DNA from: Podospora anserina
Lineage: Eukaryota
Reading direction: 5' to 3'
DNA: 64,000 nt
Assembly: GCA_017654855.1 (NCBI GenBank)
Contig: JAFMPO010000001.1
Span: forward strand, 682,001-746,000
Position numbers and translations under genes: made by a program. Under the pieces are notes generated by a model, which was given only the letters and a program-made list of their open reading frames with translations, ran no database searches and was not told where the DNA came from. Positions 24,568 through 35,929 of this stretch are shown here, in pieces. The first letter of the stretch is position 1. Every line of letters starts with the position of its first letter.

Positions 24568-26442
24568 ATTGTTGTTGTTGTTGGTGGTGGTGGTGGTGTT
24601 ACTGGTAGGTGGTGCTGGTGGCTGGGCAGGTTTGTTCAGATCGGTTTGTGACTGAGGATGGTAGTCGTCTTCGCCTGTGGTTAACCACCTGTGGAAGCCA
24701 TCTGACAAGCCAGCAACGACTTCTGTCTGCAGATAAGCTTCTGTTTCCCCAAGGAAGAAGATAGCGGCGCTAGCAGTAGCCCAGGCACTGCGAAGCATAT
24801 CTGACCTTGCCGTTTGCCGCTGTCTTAGAAGCAATACCGTTTCTCTTCCGCCTCGTGTGCTTCCCCTTGGCGGCCCTGGCGGTGCAGGATGATGCCTCCT
24901 CAACGAGGTAATCTTCCACAGATCTGTCAACCGTATGTGCGCTCGTCTCAGTGACAGCAAGTACGAGTTGATCGCAGTATATGTCTGCAGATCTGCCTGT
25001 GTCAGAAACAAATCCAATGGCGATGGTATTTTAAGTGTCAACACCACCGGCACCGAGAATAGCAGGTTCCGAAACGGAGTGTCAGCAATATTCACCAACC
25101 CGCTCTCCACCGCTGCCGGCCCTGAAGCGCTCGGCGCCCGTCTCTTCGCAATCGTCAGCCGCAACAAGTCCCTCGCCAGTTCCACCCCTTCATCCTCCTC
25201 ATCCCCAGCATCATCATATTCTCCCCTCATGTTCCCCATCGCCGCCCAAGTCCGGCTCAGCACAGCAGCCACTTCCCCTTCTTTGACGGTCACATTTCCC
25301 AACTTATCCCTCTTCTCCCAACTCATATTCTCCGCCCTCTTCCACCGACTTCTAATCTTCTCATCCGCCTGCTGCGTCAACGCCATTGCAAACTCCCCCT
25401 TTCTCAACAGAAAGAAATCTCTCAACAACCCCAACGTCTCGACAACCTTACTCAACGGCAGCAGCTTCTGCAGAGTTGTCCTAGAAAGGTATCTCCTGAT
25501 ATCCGAGATCGCCCTCCCGAAACTCGCCGCATCCAACGGATGCTGCAGCTTGGACAACCTCTCCAACTGCGTCGACAAATGCCCCTTGCCTCTCAGAGAA
25601 TAATCCCCCACGGCCTTGGCGCGAATCTGGTTCAAACTCCTCCCGATAAAGAGCATGCTCGCCGCCGCAGCAGGCGTGACAAATCCCGGCAGTAAGTACT
25701 CCTCCACCACCCACTCCTCCTCCCATTTCATCTCTTCCTCTTCTTGCGCCGTCACTCCCGTCTCCCCAGTCCCCACCCCAGCAACAGCACGCCTGTCCAC
25801 CCTCCTGATAAAAAAGTCCCCATCACTCTTTTGCGGCAACTGTCCATACACTACCCAAGCCCCCACCTCCCTCAACCACGTCCCCTCCGCCACGCTGAGC
25901 AACTCCCTCGCCAACACTTCCACATCCTCATAACCAGTCTGCAATTCTTTCCTCAGTACATCCATCAACCTCGGTCCAGTACACCGCTCCCCTTGTTGCT
26001 GCTGCTGCTGCTTCCCCATCCCCGTGACCATAAACCCCGTCACCTCCCCCAAAAACTCCATCCTCCTCCTCCACGTCCCCTCGATCAACCCCACCACCTG
26101 CGTCAACGGGACAATGTTGTACCCTCCGACCATCTTGCTGTCTTTGGTGAGAATGTCACTTTCGATTTGGAGGAGAAATTGCTGAAATGAATGGAGGTGC
26201 TGTGAGAGAATCGACGAGGCGACAGATCGGCAGATGACAGATGGGTGGCTGGTTGATATCAAATTTGACTGACTTGCTATTGTTGTGTGGAGGGTCGACA
26301 AGGTGGCTAGGGGTTGGAGCAGTGCGGCCTCGCTTGGCGTGAGGGAGAGGGTGGGTGAAAGGTCATTTGGGGAAAGGGTAGCGGCTGCGCGGAGGAGCGG
26401 GGAGGGGTGCCCAGAGAGGGAGAGCAGAATTTCGTGGAGCAT
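23869..26442 (-). CDS. Gamma-tubulin complex component, GCP4-like (Spc97/Spc98 family)
   Basis: Starts MLHEILLSLSG (GCP4-type N-terminus). Contains W..YG.L....DFFI, LPGFVT....SMLFIG, LRDFFLLRKGEF, PLDLFL....L..Y..I.SYLL, L..AH..YL and LDRLLMKLDF, consistent with GRIP1/GRIP2 domains. Confidence 0.9.
24523..24600 (-). repeat. (AAC)n/(ACC)n coding microsatellite (poly-Thr/poly-Asn) in GCP4-like gene
   Basis: ttgttgttg.. run on + strand; translates [25 protein letters not shown]. Confidence 0.9.
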
Positions 26443-27140
26443 TTTGGCTGGTGTGACGGCTTTTTGTCATGAAGGTGGTGGTGAGGTTGGGATGTGGGTG
26501 AGCTGAGGGAAGTGTCAGTCTAACATACGAATGAAGGGCGTGAAACATGCAAAACATACATTTCAGTCATAACCGGACCTCTTTCATCGAGTTTGGTATT
26601 CTCGTCTGAACTCTTCCTCAGGGCTTGGATAAATAATATAATTGTTCCCAAAATTTCGAACCGGCAGCACATGGAGCGGCCTGGTCGTGTTGCAGTGCCA
26701 ACTTGCAGCAAATGAAAGTGAAAGTGGGAGGATTCGTGTTTTGAGCAAACAAACGAAATTTGTAACTAAAAAGTCGAGTTTTGTTCGAGGTTCGTACCAG
26801 GCAATCAACAAAAGAGTGATGCGACTCAAAGGCGGCTCTGACTTGGTAACGGTGGACGGATTCAGCTCCAACGGTCACTTGTTACAAGCCAGGGACTCGG
26901 TGAACTCAACCGGTCGATGCTAGGTAGGTAGTCAGAGTCGTAAACCGGTCTTCAAAACTTGCCCCATTGTCTGTGAAAGGGCGGCAGGTGTGACTGACGG
27001 GGCCCCCTATATCAGCCAGCTCAGCTGTTTGCTCCTGCTGTTGAGTGTGTGAAGGCACCTTATCTGAAGCAATGAAATGCCGTCAGTGGTGGCACCACTC
27101 GACAGTTCACAACGCGACTTGATGAAAAGGCAGGGGGTCG

Positions 27141-27154
27141 ACATCACGTGATGT
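27141..27154. promoter_or_regulatory. Perfect 14-bp palindrome ACATCACGTGATGT containing a bHLH E-box
   Basis: Self-complementary sequence with ATCACGTGAT core, about 700 bp upstream of the GCP4-like start; function inferred. Confidence 0.4.
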
Positions 27155-27329
27155 ATTCATACCCCTGTGTAAGTCCTGCGATCTTCTCTCACTTCATCAT
27201 CACACACATTTCTCATCCGAACATCCCGTTCATATTACGTTAAATTATGATATCAAAACAGGACATTCCAAAACAACTCGTCATGGTAGAAAAGAATATG
27301 GCCCATACCTCGTCTGCCTCGCCAACATT

Positions 27330-28967
27330 CTACTTATAGATATCTCCGTTGCCGTTGCCATTCGCTGGTTGCTTCCCCTCCGCAACTGTCATTCCGCTCA
27401 GCGACTGTGTGTCAACCGACGACTTTCCTCCGTCATTATCAATAACAGCTGCACCGCCATCGCCCCCGCCCACAACGATAGACTCGCCCTTCGATGTCTT
27501 GCCCACAACCATCCCCTTGGCCACGCTCTTGATCAGGGCCCTGCGCGAGACGCCCGTTACATCAATGTAGACCAGTCCGACATTCTTGACGCCACCACCA
27601 ATCGACCTGCTCACCTCTCCTGCCTCGGGTCCCCACTTGTGCTGAACGACAGTTGTGGCGGCATCTGACGTCGACGCAAGCAAGTGACGTCCGGCCTGCT
27701 CTACACCGTCCATTACAGTGGAAAAAGCCATCATGCTCTTGTTCAGGATGCCTGGCTTATATGTGTCAAGCGGTTTGCCGTCCGGTCCATACCCCTTGTG
27801 ACCAGTGGTCGCCTTCTTGCCATGTCCACCGAGCGTCGCTCCGAGGTTCTGTGCAACTTTGCCAATCTGGCCTACCGTTTTGGCCGACAGAGTGGCCGCA
27901 CCGCCAGTAAAGGTGCCGATGCGACGGATGTGCTCCTTGGTGGTCGGCTTGAAGGTCATGGGCTTCGCAGCAGGCTCGGATCGCTTGGTGTAATTGTCGG
28001 CCTGGCCTTGGAGAAGTTTGGCAACCATGTCGGAGCCAGTGATGATGAGCCGTGAGGCAGCGTGCGCGTTCGAGACAAGGAAGGAATTCTTGTAGGCTGG
28101 ATGCAGCTCTGCATCCCACAGCTCAGGGGAGATAGGTGCCACCTGAACATTCGAACCACCATCGGCAGGGAGCGTGATCTCGACCGGATCTGCAACATCA
28201 CAATGGTTAGAAAGGACCCGTTATGCCGTGCCACACGGTTCGGACTCACCTTTCGATCCAGGTTTCAGGGAACTGTGCTCAACAACCTGGAAGTTCTCGG
28301 CAAGCTCGCCAATCACGCTGCCGTCCTCTTCATCAACCAAAACGATCTGTCCTGGCGCGTGAGCGGTGTTGGAGGGGCTTCCACGCGCATAAGCCTCGCC
28401 AGGTTTGAAGTCTGCTGGGTTATACGCGGGCAACTGTTCGCCTGTGGCGACAGCCGCCTTGGAGCCAGTACCCCCGCTGCTGACCTTCTGGTCGGTGTCC
28501 TCCCACCACTGCTTCTCGCTTTTTCCATGAATTTTTGGGGGCGGGGCCCTCTCGAGGAAAGCGGTGCATTGCGCCAAAATGGTCTCGAATGTGTCGACGT
28601 CCTCCTGGATCCCCTTTCGGCTTTGTACCGAGGGAAACTCAATCCTGGTGAATGCGCCGCTGTCCGGCCCCAAATCCCACCGCGGAATCAGGTAACTGGT
28701 TGGCGGCTGATGGTAGATTTGCGTGGTGGCTGGCAGTGGGAGATCGAGCTCAGGGGGCAGGTGAAGATGGAGGTAGAAGTCCTGCTCGGCGTTTGACGTC
28801 TCCGGGTCGATGGACGGGTCGGCGAAAACAGAGCTCGTAGGAACCATCAGCAGCGACAATGTCTGCGGGCCCGTTGGCGTGAGGGGCTGCTCCTTGCCAT
28901 TGGCGATATGGTATGCCTTTACGCCATTGATGGCATACAGCAGCTTTGGATCCTGTGGTTGGCGCAT
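27330..28967 (-). CDS. Senescence/spartin-associated domain protein; intron 28190-28249 (~525 aa)
   Basis: N-terminal LLY...GVKAYHI..G.E..L...GPQTLSL and YLIPRW..FTRIEF..FETIL. C-terminal senescence domain (ASRLIITGS...FSTVMDGVEQAGR.LL.ST..A.T.VV.HKWG.EAG...G.KNVGLVYIDVTGVSRRALIK). The intron GTGAGT..CTAAC..CAG joins the ORFs in frame. Confidence 0.85.
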
Positions 28968-31900
28968 GGGATTAGATTATGTGTTTTTTTGGTGGATTGG
29001 GGTGTCTGTGAGATCGGTGTGGCCAAGGTAGGTTACTCACATTGTGTCCAGAAGCCATTACGTCGGCTGTCCTTTCAGTTAATATGTGCCGATATTGTCG
29101 CCGCGCGATGATGCGGGATGTCCAGGTGTGTTGCACTCGAAAAAGGGGCGATGACGCTGCGACTTGGGCTTCTTTATCTCAGCCGTCAAGTCGATGAAAT
29201 CACCCAAAAACCGCTCGCCCAGGAAGATTGGTGTATGGCAAGAATAGCTCTGTCGCAATGGCACGATTTGACCAAGAAGGCGGGGTTAAATCACTTATCA
29301 CTTTCAGTTCTTGCCCCAACGAACAGTTCCAGTGTTCAAAATAGCAACAGCGAGACACCAGCACCCCGCGCAAGAGGTCCCAGGGCGCTTAGAGAGCTCC
29401 CCTGTGTGGAGCATGGGCGCGAGGCCTCGCCCTTCAAGGGCGACGTCATTGGTTTGCCGCATGAAATCAGAGCCTCCAATGCCACAAGATACACCTCTTG
29501 CATCCGCCACCGTGTCTATCATGAAACAGGGAACAAAAGGTGGAGAGTTTTATGCTCTGGTTAGCTCTACATCTTTTCTGATCTTCAGATATAGTTACTG
29601 ATGACGCATTTGTTTCACCGTTGTCACCTGCAGGGAAAAGGGTCGTTTATGCATGAAAGCCCGCTCGCTGTAGCGTACACATATAGAACCCCTGAGCGAG
29701 CTGGTTGCGATCATGGAACCTCCGGTTTTCTCCCCACGCTCCATGTCGGTAGTCGGCAACTCCAGGTGTTCATCCAACTCAGCGTGGCCGACGGATGTAA
29801 GGTCAACTTTGGGCCTCGCGTGCTCTGGCCGGTGTTTCCTTTTGTATGGTTTGTGGCGGCGTCCTTTTTGCTGGGAGTGCGGGGGAGGGGGGTGCAGTAC
29901 TTTGGAATAATTAGGTTGTGATGGTCTGACTGGCTGGAGTTTGAGCGTGCAAAGAGTGGTTGATGGCGGGGCACAGTTGTTGGTTACATAGCCAGATCGA
30001 GGGTGTTTGGGTCACGAAGAGATCGTGTCCCGCCCAACCTGGAAGACTGTGCAACTGTGAAGGAAACAGCCCAGTATCTTGCGTTGTTCAACTCGAAGCT
30101 GTCATGGCTGAGCTGCTTTCCACAGGCTCTTCTAGATAGGCCTTCCCTAGCCTCATCCAAGGCCCAACTTGAGACCTGGCTTCTTTAGCATACTGAACAA
30201 GGTGGTAAAGCAGAGTTCGGATGCCTGAGTGCAACCTGGAAGTCACGATCGAAACTGTTTGAGAGTTCCGAGGAAAAGAGCGTCGGGGGAGCTCGACTCG
30301 ATCGAATCAGGGGCGCATTTCCCGTTGCCGAGTGGCTGCAGGCACTCCCGATTCGGCTTCTTCACTGCGGCGGGTACCCATCAGTGTGCAGTTGCCGACC
30401 TGCAGTGTCCTCCCATCGTAGCAAAGCGTGAATACCCAACAAATCGAGGCATTTACCGCGAGAAAAACGACACTGCTTATAGTAGGCTTCTTCCAGGTCG
30501 TCGGTCTTTGATTCCGTTGGATTCCAGCCAACGGGGAGGCTTTCCGGCTTTTCAGGTGCTGTTTTGTTTTCCTGTACTCCGTATCTCGTCACTTCTTACT
30601 CCTCACGCATCTCCCGTCCCCTGTGCGTCTGCATGGCTCACAGATCGTCCCTTTGCGGACGTACCGAAAAGCCCTCTTCTCTTCCACCGCCCCTCTTGGA
30701 AAACAGGAACCCGTTGCGCTTGTTCCACCGTCCTCGGAACACTGACCTGACGGACAAGCCCAGCCTCGTCTTGTCAGCAGTTCCACCACAGAGGAGTTGC
30801 TGAGAGTCGGTCGTAAGCGACGTCGGCGGTCCGCCCGCCTCAAAACAGGCGAGTGTCCACATGCCGTTCGGCCCTAGAAACGATCCAGATGCCGGCCCTT
30901 TGGTGGGAGGAAGAGATCCTGGCCGGGAGTCAGGCGGGCAGTCTGTGAGCCAAATTGTCCTGCAAAACATAGATTGATAATGGGCGTAAACGAAGGGTTT
31001 TGTATTCAGGTCAACCACTCATAAGGCTTCGTTGCTGTTCCGTGCCGTGCCTGACTCTTCGACGCCGCCATCTTCTTCCTGTAAACAGCGGAAGCGGGGT
31101 GTTGCTCGAAAGCCGTGCCAAGGTCAAAGAAAAAGGCGCTAACCCAGGGCCCCTCTTGCCGACATCTCCCTTACCTGAGGGCGTTCTGTGGCCCGTGTGA
31201 GCGTTGAGCTTCCCAGGTCGCCGTTGGTCAATGCGCCTAGTACCAAAGAATGTCATTGTTTTCAAGACGAAGATCGTTTCACAACCTATCTAACATATCA
31301 AACATTGGGCGGATGTGTCAAGGGTCGCGTAGACTAGAAAGTACCTGTCTTCAAGCGTGGAGTGCAATGCTCCTTGATACCAGGCAGGCCCCATCGTTCG
31401 TCCCTGATGTCAATCCGTGACATGTCAAACTATGACCGTGGGTGGCTGCCCAAACCCTCAGCCCAGGCCGGCCCAGGTGCAAAACTTCGCGATATGGTAA
31501 CCCGGGAAGATGCTGTCCGAGCCGTCCCCGGAAGGGCTGTTGACTGGCTCTTGGCTAGATGCTAGCTTCCCCGTTCCTCGATGGCAGATGGCACTTCATC
31601 TTCAGGGATTTGCCTATGAACAGTCCAGCAGGAGAGGTCTCTGCGACTCTGCTCTGTGGAATGCCAGTCCTCACTCAGTGCCGTCAAATAAAAAGACCGC
31701 AACGGGCCACTTCTTTTTTTTCCCCATCGCCTCTTTTTTGGGATTCCCCGTCCGTTCCACCACGTCCAGCTCCAAATAGCCCAGGCCGAAGAGATATCGA
31801 ATCGCCGTCAACGACACCAACCAAACCCCCGTCCGTTTTCCGATCGATCCCCAAACATCCCGTCCACTGCCGCCCCCGTCAGGTATCCGTACCTACGCTA

Positions 31901-32350
31901 CAAAAAAAAAATCCCTGACCTGGAACTGTCCACCCTCGCTCTCGGAACTCGGAGCTGCTTCGCCTGACACTGACGCACCCGACCCTGCCGACACACTGTT
32001 TGTTGCTTGTTGGCCGTTGCTTGCTGTTCCGAATTTCTCTCGATCTGGATGTAGATTATCTGAATTATCCTTTTTCCCCTCTTCTCTAGCCCCCTAGCTG
32101 CAAGCTGCGTCCACCCTCACGGCTTGTGTTGTTTGTCTGCACCATCGTGCCTCTGTGCAGCCAGTAGCATCTCGTGTGCGTCCCAGTCCCGCCCAAGCCC
32201 AAACACCACCGCGCCGTTTCCCGCCCGCCGTTTCCCACCTCACCGTCTTCGTGCTCCCCGACTAGATCAGCTTCCAAAGGCTCTCTTCTTATCAAGCAGC
32301 ATAGAGGCTAACCAGCAAACTAGTCGACCATCCCGTTGCGCGTCCCACTG

Positions 32351-32459
32351 CCGCTCCCGCTCCCGCTACCGCTACCGCTACCTGCCGTACGGAGTATCCG
32401 TTGGCCACAACCACCACACGCGCGCAACCTCCACGACCCACGACCCACGACCCACGGCC
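32351..32459. repeat. Short tandem repeats (CCGCTM)5 and (CCACGAC)3-4 in long TF leader
   Basis: ccgctc ccgctc ccgcta ccgcta ccgcta at 32351; ccacgac x3 plus ccacggc at 32431. Confidence 0.8.
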
Positions 32460-33085
32460 TGGCCCACGCAGCAGGCTAGATAGCATCGGCATCGTTAGGA
32501 TCGGATCAACTCAACAGCTGCGTTTCGGCGTCACATTGCTCTTCGGGTAGACACACCCTTTTTCTCGCTATCTGTGGCCCTTGACTCGTCCGGCCACCCG
32601 CGCGCGCAAAGGACGGCTACGTGCATTTCTTGTCGACGCTGTAATACCTTGTGCCAACGCCCGTTCGACTGTTCTGGTAGCACTGGCCCGTCCGGGAAAC
32701 CCTCTCTGCCACTTGTCTGCGCTGCCTCGACTGGGCTCCCCCCCCTCCCTCCCCTCTCTCGCGCCGCCGTCGTGCTTCCGTCTTGCCGTTGCCCGCCCTC
32801 CCCCCCTCCCTGATCCTATCATCTGGGTATCTCGCCGCGCTCCCTCCGAAGTGTGAGTACCTTCCGTACCCTATTTAGTCCCGTCCGCTCTTCGATCCGC
32901 CCGACGACACCGACTACCTAGCCTCGGCTCTCCTCCCCCTCCCCGTGCCCTGCACATCGCTTTCCGCCGAGCGGTCTCTCTGCAGTAGCAGTCTGTTGCA
33001 CTGTGGAGTGTGGCCCAAGGACGGCCTTGTTTCTTGACAGCGCCTGTATCAAGGGGTCCCCTCGCGAGACCCAACCGCCGTCACA

Positions 33086-35447
33086 ATTGCGTCCCAGCTG
33101 CGCATCCAGTCCATCTTATCCCCGGCCGATCCGTCGGAGCAACCTCCCCCGAAACGAAAGTTTCACGACGCCTTTGCCGGACCGGCGCCGGAACCATCTC
33201 CCGCACCCACGGAGTGGCCTTCACCGGCCCCTCCACCGCCCTCGGACCCGGCACCACCAGACCGGCTACCGAATATTCGACAGCCGCTTCCACACAGCCC
33301 GCCGCGCCCCTCTGCGGCCGGGGGCGGGAACCGCGCTCAACAACCAACTCCGAAGCCTGTCGTCGTCCCTGACGATGACAGCCGGGTACCAAATTCGGCT
33401 ACAATGATGGCTGGCAGCCCCAGCAGTCCGGGCACTGCGGACAGTCGACGGGGAGCCAATGCGAAGCGGCCAGCTCAGCGATCCAGCATTGCGTGCCAGA
33501 GCTGCCGCAAGTCAAAAATCAAGTGCAACAACACAGGTGGCGATTCGCCGTGCGACACTTGCATCCGAAATGGCAAAGAATGCACCTATCCAGAAGCGCC
33601 GCCGGTGCAGCCTAAGCGCTCAGAGCCCCCCGCCGGTCCAAAGGCGGAGCAGGGCACTGAACGCAAGCGGGTGCGGAGGATGGAGGATATCGTGAAGATG
33701 GAGGGTGCCGTGCCGGCCGCTATGATCGCCGAGGATGTGCTATCGATGCCGTATCTAAACGAGGCTGTTTGGTCACAACTGTTTGACATATACCGGCTTC
33801 ACTTTGCGACCGAGTTGCCTTTCCTGCACTTGGCAACGTTGAAGGAGAAGTTGGGGAGCAGATTCAGGGCTAAGCCCAGCGATACATCCCCAGAAATCAA
33901 TCTTGTGCTGCTCGGCATTCTGACCTTGACGGCGCGCTTCCATCAGACCTTGGTATCATATGTTACCGTGCCGAAGAATGCATCAAGCGCTGCTGCAACA
34001 CCAAAACCGCAGCCCCCTGGACCTGACCTCAAGGCGTCTGTGGCGTCGGAGTACTATGCCGAGATCCTGACTAAAGCTCTAGGCGGGCTGAGGACCAGCA
34101 TGACGGTGGCCTCAGTGGAAAGAGTTCAAGCTTTCCTCATGCTTGGCTTGTACGAATGGAGCCAAGCGGTCCCGAGAGTTGGCGGCATGGCTGCGTGGAT
34201 GTATGTCGGTGTGGCTATCCGCATGGCCCAGGCCTTGGGTCTCGGCCATGGCGATGGGGAACCCGGAAAGAAGTTCAGCATGCGACCTGCGCTCGCGTCA
34301 GGGCCTAGCATTCCTCACTCACAAATGATTATCGCCAAGGAGATTCGAAGGAGGACCATGTTCAGTTGTCTGATACTGGACCGTCTTTTGGGCTGTGGTA
34401 AAGACCGGGTGTCTACGATTCGATCTGAGGACCTCCGGATTCAGCTCCCATGCGCCGAAATGTCGTTTGATCTGTCAGAGGACGTTTTTACGGGATTCTT
34501 GAACCCTGTCCCGGGAATCGACAAGAAGCGGCCTATCAGCGACAGTGTCCTGGGGCGTTTTGTACGTCTGGTTGACCTTTGGGGCGAGATCTCACGGTGG
34601 AGCTTTGCGGGTGGTCGCTTCACCGAGACGGAAGCTCCATGGCACTCGGCATCGAAGTTTTGCCAGCTGCGCGAGAAACTCGAGGGTTTCTACGCTGATC
34701 TACCTCCCAACTTCCAGTGGTCGGACTCTAACTACTACAAGCACGAGAACCACCAAGCGAGTAGCGTGTATGTTTCGTTGCATATGCTCGGTGCTGTTTG
34801 CAGGATAATGCTTCACCGGGAGTATATCCCGTTCATCCCCATCCGCTGTGACAGGCCTGTGGGTCCGCTCGACGAGCCCGTGTTCACTGAGGGTCAGGAG
34901 CCGGCCGGCTTCTGGGACACCAGTGCCGAGGAGATCTTCCGTGCGGCGAGGGACATTGTTGACTTGGTGGAAATCTGTGGCGACAAGCTGCCCATGTCAG
35001 CACTGGTTTTGTTTTCTGTCTGGACTGCAGCCTTTGTCGGTATCTACGCCGTCCATTTTCCCCACATGGACACCAAGGGCCACATGCTCCCCTCCTTTTC
35101 AGGTGATCTTGAAATCACCAAAAACGGTCCTACTGGGACAACCTTCTCCACCCTCAAGCAGATGTCCCGGTGGTTGAAGCTGGCCGAGACGTACTGCAAC
35201 TACTTCCGTGAGATGGCTTGCTACTACGAAAAGGTCAAGTCAGACTGGGACAAGCACAGCGGTAGGCCGGGCAACAACGAGGGCAAGCTCATCAGCGTGC
35301 GGTTAGGCGGTGGCGGTCTCGAAGAGTGGCAGAAACAGAGTCGAAAGATCATCAATAACGGTGAGATACTCGGCACGGGCGGCCCAGACGACAAGCAGTC
35401 CTCCCGAGACAGCACCGTCGAGCCAAATTCCCACCAACAGCAACAGC

Positions 35448-35487
<40 letters not shown>

Positions 35488-35929
35488 CCACGAAGAGAAG
35501 CCCTCCCGGTCAACTTCATTCACCCCGATCAACTCTTCCAACCACCACCCCCAACCCTACCATCATCAGTCGCACGACTCCAACGGCAAAATGGAAGACA
35601 ACGCTGACAACTGGCGCTTCCACCCACATCACCCGCATCAACCATCCCCTTCTCAGTCATCTACCACGATCCCCTCGCCAGAAATGCCCATGGTTTCCTT
35701 CCCGACGCTGCCGCTGGGGTACTCGTCGAATGAGATTGTGAGCTATGTGGCCGAGGCGCAGAGCATGCCCTGGTTTCATGCTCCCGGGGGGATCGACCAA
35801 TTTGCGCACGGGACAAAGGAGAGCGAGACGCTGGATAACGGGAATTTGTTTTGGGGGAGTATACCGGAGGCTATCTTGATGGGGGCTGGGCCCGGGGGGC
35901 AGGCGCAGATGGGTGGGGGTTTTGCTTAG
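33086..35929 (+). CDS. Zn(II)2Cys6 fungal transcription factor; first in-frame AUG 33404 (841 aa), probable AUU-initiated long form from 33086 (947 aa)
   Basis: ACQSCRKSKIKC..PCDTC..GKECTY binuclear cluster, fungal TF middle homology region (VQAFLMLGLYEW..AWMYVGVAIRMAQALGL..EIRRRTMFSC.ILD) and poly-Q C-terminus. The frame is open upstream to a stop at 33035. Family call is high confidence; the AUU start is moderate. Confidence 0.92.
33375..33407 (+). promoter_or_regulatory. Out-of-frame uORF MTAGYQIRLQ* whose TGA overlaps ATGATG of the TF
   Basis: ATG at 33375 (acgATGa), ending caa TGA at 33405-33407 inside ATG(33404)ATG(33407). Confidence 0.6.
35435..35486 (+). repeat. (CAA/CAG)n poly-Gln coding microsatellite
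   Basis: Direct read; about 17 Gln. Confidence 0.9.

Noticed and set aside
29000-32000. Numerous 60-170 aa ORFs in the long divergent intergenic region (likewise 1-2000 and 46900-48300)
   Set aside because: No codon bias, domain or consistent splice pattern; treated as promoter or regulatory DNA.
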